DNA of 64,000 bases from Bigelowiella natans CCMP2755 (Eukaryota; Protista; Cercozoa): NCBI GenBank assembly GCA_000320545.1, contig ADNK01001199.1, positions 57,389 to 121,388 of the forward strand, read 5' to 3'. How positions within the stretch are numbered: position 1 is the stretch's first letter; each line of letters starts with the position of its first letter. The notes beneath the pieces are model-generated. The model saw nothing but the letters and a program-made list of their open reading frames with translations, searched no databases and was not told the DNA's origin. Below, piece after piece: positions 1 to 11,295 of this stretch. The position numbers and the translations under genes are program-made.

Positions 1-2
1 TA

Positions 3-3000
3 AACGAGACGCAGTGCTGCAGCGTACATAATTCTTCATTATTACGGTACCTAGCAGCTCAATCGAATGTGCCTGATGAGCTTATCGAGCGCGGGGAGAC
101 AGTCGCAACTTATCCCTTTTTCGCATCGTATACCCCTGCTCCCGTCAAGCTAACAACTGAAGATGCCGAGAAAAAAATTACTAGCGGTGAAAGCTGCGAT
201 GATGACGATAGCAAGAACACGAAAAACATGGACAATAATAATGCGTTCGTCGTTCCAAGCGGAACGTCGTTGGAGATTGTTAACCCGTACGGAATTGCAA
301 AGATCGCTCCGCATCTCGCCGGCGGCACAGAACTCAAGCTCAAAGCTGACAAATCATTCAGCATGAGGGCTCAGCCAAAGGTGTCGGGAATGGAAATGGG
401 ATCCGGACGATTTTTCTTTGAAGTCGATTTTCACTATAGTAAAGTCAAAGATATGGATGCTGATCCAAAGAAAGAAGAGAGATATGTTAGTTTGGTACAG
501 TTCCTAGGCAACAGCGTCGGGGGTCTCTCTAGCCAGCGATTGCTGCCGAATAGTTTCACGTCGTTTGAGTCAATGTTAGTCTCTCCCGCCATGCAATTCT
601 CGCAAGTAGTAGAACAATGGACACCAGGCGCTGAGCTTCTTCTAGATACACACACAGATACATTGTGTATCAACCTCACCAGTGCCAAAGGCAGTATCCA
701 TGGAAAGCTTCCAAAAACTGCCTTCACGAAGGTGAAACTTGCAACCGATAACTGGAACCGGGTTCAAATCATGACTACCCCCCGCGAAGTGCATGCCTAC
801 ATTAATAAAGAGCTGGCATTGAAGGTAGAGTGGCCTCTGGCACGAGGAATGGCCGTCTTCTCGGTCGAGGACGCAAAGAAAGGCGTATGGAGTCTCGGCT
901 ACCTGGAATCCTTCACTCCTCTTGCTTCGTCTGCTGCTGCTGCTGCTGCTACAAAAGGTGGTTCGGGCAACAAGCCGAATACTGAAGATGATAAGGTCAA
1001 GCAGGCTAAGATGAAATATGTCAATTATAAAAATGAGCATGTGGAGACCGACTTTCCTTCAAACGGCATTATCGCCACGTTTGTGCGGCTGAACAAGAAG
1101 CCAAAGAAGGGCATGTTCGTGATGATGCGCGAGAAGTCAGCAAGCCACAAGCAATGGAAACTTGGGCGCGTAATCAAGATCGAAGCCCGTCGTCCTGATG
1201 GCCCTTTCCTTCTCGACATCATGGAGCAGTCTCAGCAAGAGAAGCAGATCCTCAAGGAAGGCGATAGGGTTGAGGCACAGTTCAGAAGAGGCAGCTGGTA
1301 TAAGGGCAAGGTCGTAAAGGTGAATCGTAATCCTTTGAGCTACGACATTCAATTTGATGACGGCGATCAGGGGCCTAAGACTCCTCCAGACCAAGTAAAG
1401 CTGTTGGACAGCTCTTCTGGTGACAGTCAAAAGCCCAAGATCCACACCAAGATGCCGTACAGCCTCGATACTTTTAGCGACATTATTCCTATAGAACGCC
1501 ACGATTTACCCACTGACGTGCGCAAGAAGGCGGAGAGGCAGCAAAAACACAAAATAAGAAGAGGTGGGGAGCGGGGCAGTGGGTTCGGGTTCTCCGGTAA
1601 CAACCCTGTTGACTTGTCTCGTGATCTTGACTGGGAGACCATGCTTTCGATCCAGGAAGCCTTCCCCAACGAGTTTAGACACCTACGAGAGATGGCCTTT
1701 AACTCGGGCCGGTGTGCGCGCGCTTTGCAAGTAGCACAAGGAAACCTGGAGCAAGCTGTCGAGTGGGCACTGCAGAATCCGAATGTTCCTGATGTCCAGT
1801 TCCCTTCCAGTTCTCCAACTACCACTTCCACTGATCAACCGCAAACGGGAGGAGGAGGAGGAGGAAGCAGTACCGGTAGCAGTACTGAAAGTAATGATAA
1901 TAGGTCAGGAGGCAGCGGCAGTTCCAATAATGACACTGACGAGAAGACTTCAGGCAACGAAGATACGAAAAAGACACCACCACCCCAAAATCCCTTTGGT
2001 GATGGTGATAGAAAAACCAGACAGGACGGTGATCAAATTTGCCTAGGTTTCGAGTCATCACAACTGCCATTTGGAAGTGGAAGAAGGGACAACTTGCTGG
2101 CTGGCTATAACCATGATTTCTATGGAGAGGGCTCTGTGAGGCTCTTTGGCCGAAAGGGTGCCCCTGCCCATGTTCGATTCCAGCTGAAGCAGGTCCGAAT
2201 CCATAGGATGGATGTTAGTTGTAAGAAGAAGAAAATAATGGCAAAGCTGGTGTGTAAATCCCCATTTGCGTCTGATGGGGGCCGAATGGATCACTGCCTC
2301 GCTCCGGAGACAAGAGCATTGGCTCGAGAGCTCATCCAAAAGCTTCATTTAAACCTTCCTGCACCAGCTGACAAGCTCAGTGACTCCGATAAAATAAAGA
2401 TGATCAACGTTGTGTTGGAACACGCGGCCTATGACGTGTCTTATGTTGCCCGTCTTCTGACCAACGAAAAGTTTGTTCATGAGGCATTCCATAGCTTCAA
2501 GAATTTCCAAAGTGCTGAGAAGCTCCTTTTACTTCAAAGACTTGATCTCGACAATACACATGCCAAGCCCTTCCTCAATAATGGGGTAGGCCTCCAGGAG
2601 ATGATTTATAGCCTCTCGCTGTCATCATCCTCTGGTGAAGCTTCCCGCTCCTCTCCCTCCTCATTTGTAGCAACTATGGATTCGAAGCTTTCGTCATCAT
2701 CATCATCATCATCTCCCCCCGTAAAGAAATGGAGGTCTCCGTACAGCTGCAAGTCGCGCGAGCAGTTCCATCCAATGGCCGATTTGATGTTGAGGTGGAA
2801 AGAGCTCACAGAGCTAGGGATCAGAGCAGGCGAGGCGGTGTCTATTGGACCTGTTGTTGGCAACCAAAGGATATCGGATAAGCATTGGCAAACTCTCGAG
2901 CAAGAGATGCTACACATCCAAACCATCGCTAGAGATGGGGTAGGAAATGAAAAGGAGTTGACAATGAGGGCGCTAATTCACACTGAAACTATTCTTGCGT

Positions 3001-6000
3001 CGAAGCACGCGGTGCTTTGCTCTCTACGTCTGATGAGAGCCGCAGAGCGTCTCAAAGAAAGAGAAGGAAAACAAGCAAACGGCAGTGGACAGCAGAACTT
3101 CTGGTTGAAAAGGAGTCCCTTGCTGCTTTTCGAAGCCGAAGAGAAGAAAGAGAAGGAGGCAAAGCACTCCAGCGATGCGAAGGAAAACGGTACTACGCCG
3201 ACGCAGGTGCAGCCGTTCTTTTTGAAGCTTTTGAGGTTGCTTCACATCTCCCAAGATGAGAAAAATCGCGACATGCTGGCGAAGGCCATTGCAGTGGAGA
3301 CCTCACGTTTTGCTAAGAGTGTAGAGTCCGGTGGTCGCAGTGGTCGCTATACACAGCAAGAGGCCAAGATGAGATCGTTCTTCATGTCTGCCCTTACTGC
3401 TGAGTGCGTGCTGCATCTCGTAGGTTACGACATCAACCTCGGTAAGGGCGACGATGTGTCCTCCAGCCCTACTACGCAGAAGAAAAGCGAGAAACCACAG
3501 CCAGAAGTCACGCTCGACCCGAATGCGCCGCGAGTGTTAGCGAGCTTTCCAGTCGGAATGAGAGTCGATCTTATGGATTCAGGCACGTGGAGAACGGGTG
3601 TCGTTCGCCGGCACCCAGGTGCTGGGGGTGGGCAACCTCATCAAGTGTACGTGCACTTCGAGGGGTGGGCTGATAGCTGGGATCAGTGGGTGGACTTTCG
3701 AGATCCAAATCAAATCGCCCCACTCTGGTCGCATGTGCCCAGGGGAACGTATACTGGAGACAGTCAGAGGAGACGACAACAGAATAATAACGGCAACAGC
3801 AACGATAACAACGGCAACAACAATAACAATAACAATAACAGCAGCTTTTCTCCGAACTTTGAGGAAGACATTATGTTTGGTTCCGATTTCCACGTCGGTA
3901 GTAACAATAATCGCAGTAGTGCTGAGGGTGAGAACGGTAACAGCGGCGAATCGAGCTACTCAAACTCGCTCCAAGTGAAATTGTCGCACAGACAAGGTAT
4001 CTTGAACCTAGCATCTGATGCCATCCAAGCGCCTCAGCCAAATCTCGCACTCTTACTCCTCAATATCGTTACGCAAACGCTTCAATCAGATGAAAAAGTT
4101 CCGAAGGTGCTGATCGCAACCTTGTTCAATATTGCACGCGGCTATTCGAAGGGTGAGAGAGTGGGAACCAGCCTCTACCATGACAGTCTCCGTGTTGCAG
4201 CAGTGCGCATGCTGTCGCAGCTTATCATTAAGTCTTGCAGCAGCAACTCACAATCCCCGTCGTCATCATTGCCTCGAAGAAATATTACATCCATCCTATC
4301 TTCCTCTCAAGTACTTGAATCGTTCACGTACATGACTAAATACCACACGGGCGACAGGGACACAGACAAGGCGATAGCTTCTGTACGTGTCCAAGTCCAA
4401 AACGCAGCGACCTTCGGAGTCCAATTTGAGCCGCACGATACCATCGTGCAAAGCGTCAAACCAGGCTCTAAGGCGGCAAAAGAAAAGCTGGTGAAAGGCA
4501 TGGAACTCGTAAACATTAATGGCAAACCGGTATTTTCGAGCGTTGAGTTTAGCAAAACCTCGACGCCGCTAATAGCGATATTCGTCGACAATCCACTGAG
4601 CACCAGTGGGCAGTGTCCGTTGTTCATGGCCCTTCTCCAGCTCAACCTCCTTGTATGCGAATCCAAAGAATCAGCTCAACTCATAGCAAAGGAGAAACAG
4701 CCTCGGTGGTTCAAGAGGCTCGAGAAACTCAAACGCACTCTGGGTGCATTTGCACAGAAGTCCTCGATCCCACCGTCTGTTGGTGGAAATACTCTTGATC
4801 AGAAGATGCTTGATTCCTCTTCCCAATCCGCATCTGCCTCTAGGGCGCTCAATGCCTTCCTCGAAGAGGGCACGCTCAGAAATTACATCGTCAAGGGCTG
4901 GCCAACCCTCCCCCTTGCCTTTAGCATAGCAAAGCTGCTAGCACGGAAGGAGGAGCTTGCTGAGAAGGAGAAGGATTCTAGAAATGGTGGTGACAACGAC
5001 GAAAAGGTTGATACTCCAGACTCTGACGATGTTAAAGAGCTGCATCCACCCCCCCAAAAAGCCGACCCGGCGACCACCGCTCATCCACTGAAACTGCTTA
5101 TCGAGATCTTCGGGAGTAAGAAGGCCAAGCAGAAGCAAAAGATGACAGCGATAGGAACTCTAATCTATGCCCTCCGAAGCTTACCGGATGCTGGGAAATG
5201 GGTGTCGAAGAACTACTGGAGCCGCAAAGACCCTCCCACGAAACCCGAGAAGTACCCACTTAACTGGGCGGTGGACTTCTGTGTGAAAGGTATCCAAATG
5301 GTGGACGAAGAGAAACCAGCCCAACCCAAACTGCGCGTCAACGACCGCGTTAGGGCACGATATAGGAATCAGGGAGGCACCCTCTATCCCGGTCGGATTG
5401 AGAGAGTAAACGACGATGGGACGTACTGCATTCACTACGACGATGGGGATATATGGCAGAACGCGCCTGAGAACTTCATCCAGGGCAGGGAAAATGTGAA
5501 AGACAAGAACACCAAGAAGAGGGAAAACCGATTCGTGCGCATCTTGAATCGCCTCAACGAGACCATCAAGAGAGTGCTCAAGGCCTACCAGGAGGCCAAG
5601 GCCAAAGATAAGAAGTCGGACGGAAAATCCAAAGATAAGAGGTCTAGAGGGAAAGTCCCTCCTTCTGCTGTTTCGAAGAAGCAAGTTCTGGACAAAAACA
5701 ACTACATGAATTTCTTGGAGACTATCGAAGAGAACTTCAGATTGATGCCTGGCGCGGATGAAGAGTTGGTGCGACTTGTCAACCAGCAATATCGTGATGA
5801 TGAGCTCAATGATATTGGGGATCTTGAGCCCCAAAACCTTGATCCTTCGGGCATGGCTCTCTCTGGATACCCGCGGCTCAACTCTGCATGTAGAGGCTTC
5901 ATCGCCCTCGCTCAAGTCCGTTTCTTGATGCTGAGGATAATGAATAAACTTGTGTTCCGTAGCTTGACCTACATCGATTTTAACGACATGCTCATACCGA

Positions 6001-7259
6001 GGACCCTTGAAAATTCCATACACGGAATAAGAGCCAAGCTCTTCTGGGCTCCCAAGTACAAATGGATGACCGACGTCATGAAGAACGGGAAGATTGGGCA
6101 GAAAGGTATCTTGAAACTGAGGGCGATGAAGGCACAGCTCGCAGAGGGCGATGTTGACAGGGACGGCACTCGAACCCTTTTCGGCCAAGCGTTCCAACAG
6201 ATGTACGACAAGGACTGGTTCCTAGTAGATCCTGCCAGAGTCGGTGAGGGGGCGCGTGCTTTTAAGGTAAACTTTGAAGATCTCGCCGCGATTGATGCTG
6301 GAGGGCCATACAGACAGGCTATCACATCAATGTGCCGCGAGTTGCAATCCTCATACCTCTCGCTCATGGTCCTCACCCCCAACTGTAACGCCGAAGATCA
6401 GCAGAAGCAACGGCAGTTATGGCTACCGAATCCAGCTGCAACCTCAAGGAACGAAGCAAGGATGCTTCAGTTCATTGGCAAACTAATGGGCCTTGCCTTC
6501 CGCTCTGATCGCTTTCTGGAGCTCGATCTTGCTAGTTGCGTCTGGAAACACTTGCTGCACCTAGAGGTCGGCCTCGCAGACCTCAAGCAGATTGATGAGA
6601 ATTGGTACATAATATACACAAACTTTGAAGCCATGTTAAAGCGTGGATCCGAGTCTAGCTTCGAGGGTCAGGGCTGCACGTTCACATATCGCTCCCTTGA
6701 TGGTAGAACGCTGGAGCTGATAAAAGGGGGGATGGACGTTGAGGTTACATTCCAGAACTGTGGAAAGTTCCTCAGGCTATACCGCAGTGCACGTGAGCAA
6801 GAGATATCCAGACAGTGTAGGGAGATTCGCCGTGGATTGTGCACTGTCGTGCCTCCTGAAGTTCTTGCGATGTGTAGTCCAGCAGAACTCGAGGAACGGA
6901 TTTGTGGCTCCCCCGTTATTGATATCAACTTGCTCGAGAGGCACACTGACTACAACGGATTCAAGCGCCACGACAACATCATCAAGTGGTTTTGGAAATT
7001 AATGCGTGAAAAGTATAATGAAGTCGAGAGGAGAAAGGTCTTGAAGTTCGCATGGGCTGCATCTCGTCTGCCCGTTGAAGCTAACTGGGGATCTACGAAA
7101 TTCCACATCGCAGCTCATAACTACGCAGACAAATTGCCAAGAGCTGAAACGTGCTTCTTCACGCTCAAACTGCCCAAAACCTATGAATCATATGAAGATA
7201 TGAGTGCCAATTTCCTCCGGGGAATTGAAAACTGTGAGGGAGCAATTGATGGTGACTGA
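3..7259 (+). CDS. Giant HECT E3 ubiquitin ligase with LamG-like, Tudor/Agenet x2, UBA, MBT/chromo-barrel-like and PDZ-like domains (5'-truncated by window edge)
   Basis: The frame is open from base 3 (NETQCCSVH...), so the GTG at 69 is not the true start. C-terminal HECT motifs: FKVNFEDLAAIDAGGPYR, FIGKLMGLAFR, IIKWFWKLM, catalytic LPRAETCFFTLKLP. Tudor-like: GDRVEAQFRRGSWYKGKV..YDIQFDDGD and DRVRARYR..YPGRIERVNDDGTYCIHYDDGD. UBA: LREMAFNSGRCARALQVAQGNLEQAVEWAL. MBT/chromo-like: VGMRVDLMD..VHFEGWADSWDQWV. PDZ-like: FGVQF..VQSVKPGSKAAKEKLVKGMELVNINGKPV. Confidence 0.92.
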   Translation, partial: NETQCCSVHNSSLLRYLAAQSNVPDELIERGETVATYPFFASYTPAPVKLTTEDAEKKITSGESCDDDDSKNTKNMDNNNAFVVPSGTSLEIVNPYGIAKIAPHLAGGTELKLKADKSFSMRAQPKVSGMEMGSGRFFFEVDFHYSKVKDMDADPKKEERYVSLVQFLGNSVGGLSSQRLLPNSFTSFESMLVSPAMQFSQVVEQWTPGAELLLDTHTDTLCINLTSAKGSIHGKLPKTAFTKVKLATDNWNRVQIMTTPREVHAYINKELALKVEWPLARGMAVFSVEDAKKGVWSLGYLESFTPLASSAAAAAATKGGSGNKPNTEDDKVKQAKMKYVNYKNEHVETDFPSNGIIATFVRLNKKPKKGMFVMMREKSASHKQWKLGRVIKIEARRPDGPFLLDIMEQSQQEKQILKEGDRVEAQFRRGSWYKGKVVKVNRNPLSYDIQFDDGDQGPKTPPDQVKLLDSSSGDSQKPKIHTKMPYSLDTFSDIIPIERHDLPTDVRKKAERQQKHKIRRGGERGSGFGFSGNNPVDLSRDLDWETMLSIQEAFPNEFRHLREMAFNSGRCARALQVAQGNLEQAVEWALQNPNVPDVQFPSSSPTTTSTDQPQTGGGGGGSSTGSSTESNDNRSGGSGSSNNDTDEKTSGNEDTKKTPPPQNPFGDGDRKTRQDGDQICLGFESSQLPFGSGRRDNLLAGYNHDFYGEGSVRLFGRKGAPAHVRFQLKQVRIHRMDVSCKKKKIMAKLVCKSPFASDGGRMDHCLAPETRALARELIQKLHLNLPAPADKLSDSDKIKMINVVLEHAAYDVSYVARLLTNEKFVHEAFHSFKNFQSAEKLLLLQRLDLDNTHAKPFLNNGVGLQEMIYSLSLSSSSGEASRSSPSSFVATMDSKLSSSSSSSSPPVKKWRSPYSCKSREQFHPMADLMLRWKELTELGIRAGEAVSIGPVVGNQRISDKHWQTLEQEMLHIQTIARDGVGNEKELTMRALIHTETILASKHAVLCSLRLMRAAERLKEREGKQANGSGQQNFWLKRSPLLLFEAEEKKEKEAKHSSDAKENGTTPTQVQPFFLKLLRLLHISQDEKNRDMLAKAIAVETSRFAKSVESGGRSGRYTQQEAKMRSFFMSALTAECVLHLVGYDINLGKGDDVSSSPTTQKKSEKPQPEVTLDPNAPRVLASFPVGMRVDLMDSGTWRTGVVRRHPGAGGGQPHQVYVHFEGWADSWDQWVDFRDPNQIAPLWSHVPRGTYTGDSQRRRQQNNNGNSNDNNGNNNNNNNNSSFSPNFEEDIMFGSDFHVGSNNNRSSAEGENGNSGESSYSNSLQVKLSHRQGILNLASDAIQAPQPNLALLLLNIVTQTLQSDEKVPKVLIATLFNIARGYSKGERVGTSLYHDSLRVAAVRMLSQLIIKSCSSNSQSPSSSLPRRNITSILSSSQVLESFTYMTKYHTGDRDTDKAIASVRVQVQNAATFGVQFEPHDTIVQSVKPGSKAAKEKLVKGMELVNINGKPVFSSVEFSKTSTPLIAIFVDNPLSTSGQCPLFMALLQLNLLVCESKESAQLIAKEKQPRWFKRLEKLKRTLGAFAQKSSIPPSVGGNTLDQKMLDSSSQSASASRALNAFLEEGTLRNYIVKGWPTLPLAFSIAKLLARKEELAEKEKDSRNGGDNDEKVDTPDSDDVKELHPPPQKADPATTAHPLKLLIEIFGSKKAKQKQKMTAIGTLIYALRSLPDAGKWVSKNYWSRKDPPTKPEKYPLNWAVDFCVKGIQMVDEEKPAQPKLRVNDRVRARYRNQGGTLYPGRIERVNDDGTYCIHYDDGDIWQNAPENFIQGRENVKDKNTKKRENRFVRILNRLNETIKRVLKAYQEAKAKDKKSDGKSKDKRSRGKVPPSAVSKKQVLDKNNYMNFLETIEENFRLMPGADEELVRLVNQQYRDDELNDIGDLEPQNLDPSGMALSGYPRLNSACRGFIALAQVRFLMLRIMNKLVFRSLTYIDFNDMLIPRTLENSIHGIRAKLFWAPKYKWMTDVMKNGKIGQKGILKLRAMKAQLAEGDVDRDGTRTLFGQAFQQMYDKDWFLVDPARVGEGARAFKVNFEDLAAIDAGGPYRQAITSMCRELQSSYLSLMVLTPNCNAEDQQKQRQLWLPNPAATSRNEARMLQFIGKLMGLAFRSDRFLELDLASCVWKHLLHLEVGLADLKQIDENWYIIYTNFEAMLKRGSESSFEGQGCTFTYRSLDGRTLELIKGGMDVEVTFQNCGKFLRLYRSAREQEISRQCREIRRGLCTVVPPEVLAMCSPAELEERICGSPVIDINLLERHTDYNGFKRHDNIIKWFWKLMREKYNEVERRKVLKFAWAASRLPVEANWGSTKFHIAAHNYADKLPRAETCFFTLKLPKTYESYEDMSANFLRGIENCEGAIDGD

Positions 7260-7349
7260 TCAGAGAAAGCAATGTGGTTAGCGCAGTTGTTCGTAAGCGT
7301 TTGAGCAACAAAGCACCATGTCTAGTGTGTCTCTTGTACTTACTGTGCT

Positions 7350-8200
7350 CCAACTCTAGATGTACGCACTCGTTACAAACACCGCTGCGCATGAATGCAT
7401 GAGGTCACAATGTTGTCTTTGAAAAAACACACGTGCGTTCAAGATGAAACCCGTTTTGCATGAAATACTCATGACATCAATGACCATGGCATCATGCCAT
7501 TAATTTCATGCGCTCGCTGTCTTGCATGCATGCAAAGCTAGAACGGCGAACAGCTAGCTAGCTAGACTGTCGCGCAGATTGTGCATCAGTGTTGATGTCT
7601 AGATGTAGTGCTTTGCTCACGTGCATGCAAGCTAGCAAGCCATCCGATCCGTGGCGGCGCGTTGTCACGCACGCTAGCACGCTTGTGATGATGGCATGTC
7701 TAGATGTGCGCTAATGCACTCTAGCAGCACGTGCGTGCCAACACTAGAACAGCCATGCTAGCATGCTGACATGCAAAAATCAGTGTGCATCATTTTGCAC
7801 CGCGAGACAGACGAACGAAACTGGGGCATCTGTGAGACGGATGGATTTGGTTTGCATGATTAAATCTGATGTCAATGATCGATCATCTGTAGACGCAGGC
7901 TAGCTAGCTAGCAAGAAGCACTGTGCATTAGGATGACTATTGAAAAGACTTGATCACTTCATCACGATATCCGTCTCGCAAGTGGCACCTTTGCGCATTG
8001 ATTGCTAAATTGCACGTTGCGTTGATCGATGACAGCGCGCTCGCCAACAGCGATCGATCATGCATGTTACATCTCATGATTAACAATCACAGTAGCTGCT
8101 GTAACGAGCAGGGCGATGCGTTTGCTTCCTGCCCATGCATGGTATGCACCGATGAGGTGTATAAAACAACGTGACCTGCATGAAACTTGCTAGCTCAAAC
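7350..8200. repeat. Convergent-spacer tract rich in (TAGC)n, TCTAGA, GCATGC and TGCA
   Basis: AGCTAGCTAGCTAG at ~7553 and ~7899, TGTCTAGATGT at ~7597 and ~7697, many GCATGC/TGCA/CACGTG. Lies between the 3' ends of the HECT and UGT genes. Confidence 0.75.
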
Positions 8201-8294
8201 GACATAAAACTAGTTCTGAAGTTATTTTTACACGTCGGGTCCGACTAGCCGAGCCCGTGGGTGATTTGCATTTGGGACATTAGACTAGAATACC

Positions 8295-11200
8295 TCACAC
8301 CCTGAGACGTGGATCAGGATGAATAAATTCAACTTTGTTCAGAGATTCAGCATTTTCATGTTCCTGGATTCCTCGAATATCCAGGATCGCCTTAAGATTG
8401 CGCAGAATCGTTTCCTTCTGCTTATCGGTAATAACTATTTTGGATGTGTCGATATCTTTGATCTCTTCGCTATAGCTTGGCATTCCGCCATATACCCAGT
8501 TGAAAGATTTATATCTATGAATAGCTGTTGGTTTCTCAGCGAACCATTTTGGAGGAGATTCGATAAGGGCTTTAAGCGATTTCTCACCAAGTTTGAGCTT
8601 CCAATTCGGCACCCAAAAGCGCGCTACATCCGACTGGAAGAGATCGCACGATAGTTGGCCAAGATTAAGCTTTTCATGGAATACGCGCACCGCCTCTCGC
8701 GCGCCACACTCGCGCTTAAAAGCTTTAGACATCTTTAGGGCCGCACGTTTTTGCTTCTGAGTGAACATCGACTTGAATTTCTCCGCAAGAGATTCTGGTT
8801 TCCAGTCCTCAACCGACGTAGGCTTTGGTCCTGCTCCAGCATTGGTAACCATCTGGCCCCAAAAAGGCTGATCTCCAAAGAAAGGAGCTATTAGCGTTGG
8901 TTTTGCCGCCTTTAAACCTGCATACGTGGTCCCTGCTCCTCCATGGTGTACGACACCTGCAACCATATCAAACAACCACGAATGTGCCACACGACCAATG
9001 ACCAAGCAGAAGTCTTCTCTGGTAAGATCGAGCTCAGGAGCTTCTGTTCCATCTTCGTATTTTGCACCCTTGACGAAACTTACACCGTCCAAACCCTTGA
9101 GAGATTTACCCAATCCAGCCCATCCCTGCTGAATTATCACCCGAATTTTGGCTTCTTTTGCGGCTTTATATATGGTCTCTGCAACTAGCTTCGAGTCCGG
9201 GAGCACACAGCTTCCAAAGCCAATGAAAATAGGAGGCCTCAGCTCATCTTTTTTGATCCAGTCGTCAATATCTTTGGGGGGGGGCTTTGTAAAACCGCTC
9301 CCTGGTAGCTCAGAGAAGCCAACCACATCGATATGCTGCCCCCAGTCGAGAGGCTTCGGGATCAAGGACGGACTCCAAATGTAGGAGAACGGTACCTCGC
9401 GATCGGAGAGGATTGAAGATCCTTCTTTCCATTTAGGCTCGATTCCGTGCTCCTTCCTAAACTTTTCGAACGATGCCCCCATGCCCACATGCATCATCAA
9501 GTCCACCTTTCTGTATGAGAACACATTGTCATCGACCCAAGCAGACTTGGTCTTCCCCTTGAAGTGCTTGTACATAGCCATGAAATCATTCACTTCTGGT
9601 TCATCGATCTTGTTCTCATTCAGATCCCTATAGGCCACGTTCCCCATAGGGTGCGGGAAAGCGGCTGTGGGGCTCCATGGCATCTAATTATGTGGGGAGG
9701 AGAGTTTTGCGGATTAGCTTCAGTTATACAGAAATTACTCTAAAAAGAAAAGTACCGTAAACATCATGTGTAGCGGCACTCCCATAGCCTCCGCACAATG
9801 CACGTGAGAGTATGTAGGTGGGTTAGAAATGATGACGTCCGCGACGAAATCCTTCTTGTCGCCTTTTTCGTCTGGGCTGTTTGCTCCGTGCCACACGCTC
9901 ATGATGATGTCGTCCATCATCTTCTTTCGTTCATTGGTATCTCTCCAGAATTGAGGGGACACAAGCTGTCCGATGCCAGGCATCAGCTGCCCTTTTGTCT
10001 TGACCATATATGCCATAAGCTCCTTCGGATCTATTCGAGCATTAAAAGTAACAATGAAGAAAAGGAAATCTTTTGAATATGTTAGGAAGATTAAAATCAC
10101 CTCCGCCGATTGGGTAAAACTCCAAGCCATTCTTCGTGACAAAATCCCGGAAATTTTCGTGTGTAGCGAGTCTGACCCTGTGTCCAATTTTCTTCAAATT
10201 TTGGCCGATAGGAATGAAGGGTTGCACATCTCCCCGTGATCCGCAGATCATAATCACTATATTCATCTTTGGAGCAATGTTGTACAAATGTGACGGAGCC
10301 ACGCACAAACCTAGGATCTCGGAGCACAGTAAGCGTGTACGTGTAATCGTTTGTCCTTTATCGTCATCAAGAGGACATACAATATTCATCCACTCCCAGA
10401 AGGTAACGTCTTTCTGTTTTTGTAACTTCTCGATTGATTCTTTCATTTCATCGTAAATCTTTAATGTCCGTGGGTCTTTTGCTTTTCGACTGAACCACCG
10501 ACTGAAATGGCGAGTGTCAACAACACTCTGTGCCTTCATGTCTAATGCATAAAATGGCATGATCGCGGCTTCGATTTTTGCTCGTGAATACTGAATGATG
10601 GTGTATCCGACAGTCGATATGATTTCTTTATCGATTGTTCGAAAATACTTTTTAAATTCCTTCTGGTTAATGGTCTGCGATTTGTCGTCATCGCCCTGTG
10701 CGAGCATGTCTCTTACAACCTTATCGGCTGAAAGACTTCTGAAGGCATTTAGCCGCACAAAGCGCTCATTGAGTACCCAATCAGTCAGCTCGCCCAGCTC
10801 TAGATCGCCTGATGATTATCATTGCTTACACGAGCGAATTCGGATAAATCCGAATTTAGTGTACTTACCGTCTTTGTTGATGTCAAGGGCATTCCAAAGT
10901 GTAGAGACATAAGTATCTCGAGAGAGTTTAGTCGGTTTTAGACTCTTCTTCCCTTGCCCTAATATATCTGACACCTTGACCGTTTTTGTCCCCGCGGTCG
11001 CCGGGGCTCGTACGTGTAGAGACCATTGGCAGGTTTCACTATTCCGCTCTGTTGATAGATCGTACACAACTACGTTGTAGACGCACGATGCTGATAAACC
11101 CTATTTAACAACACCAAAGTTTTGTCAAAGCAGTCCGATATTTATCCTCAGCAAAGCACTGACCCTATCTGTTTTTCTGAATGTTTTCCCGGGTGGGATG

Positions 11201-11295
11201 CTGACAGGGGCACCAATTCGCATGCCTCCTTTAAGCTGGATTTCACCATAAACTCCATGCTTCACATCGTTCTCTATGGCTAATGTGATCCCCAT
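8295..11295 (-). CDS. Sterol 3-beta-glucosyltransferase (UGT80/ATG26-type, GT1) with N-terminal EF-hands; 5 exons
   Basis: Motifs [90 protein letters not shown]. GT-AG introns at 9684-9755, 10031-10100, ~10809-10868 and ~11101-11163 join the ORF pieces. Probable start MGITLAIEND at 11295. Confidence 0.9.

Noticed and set aside
5181-6197. 338-aa antisense ORF inside the HECT gene
   Set aside because: Shadow ORF of a long coding exon with no recognisable motifs.
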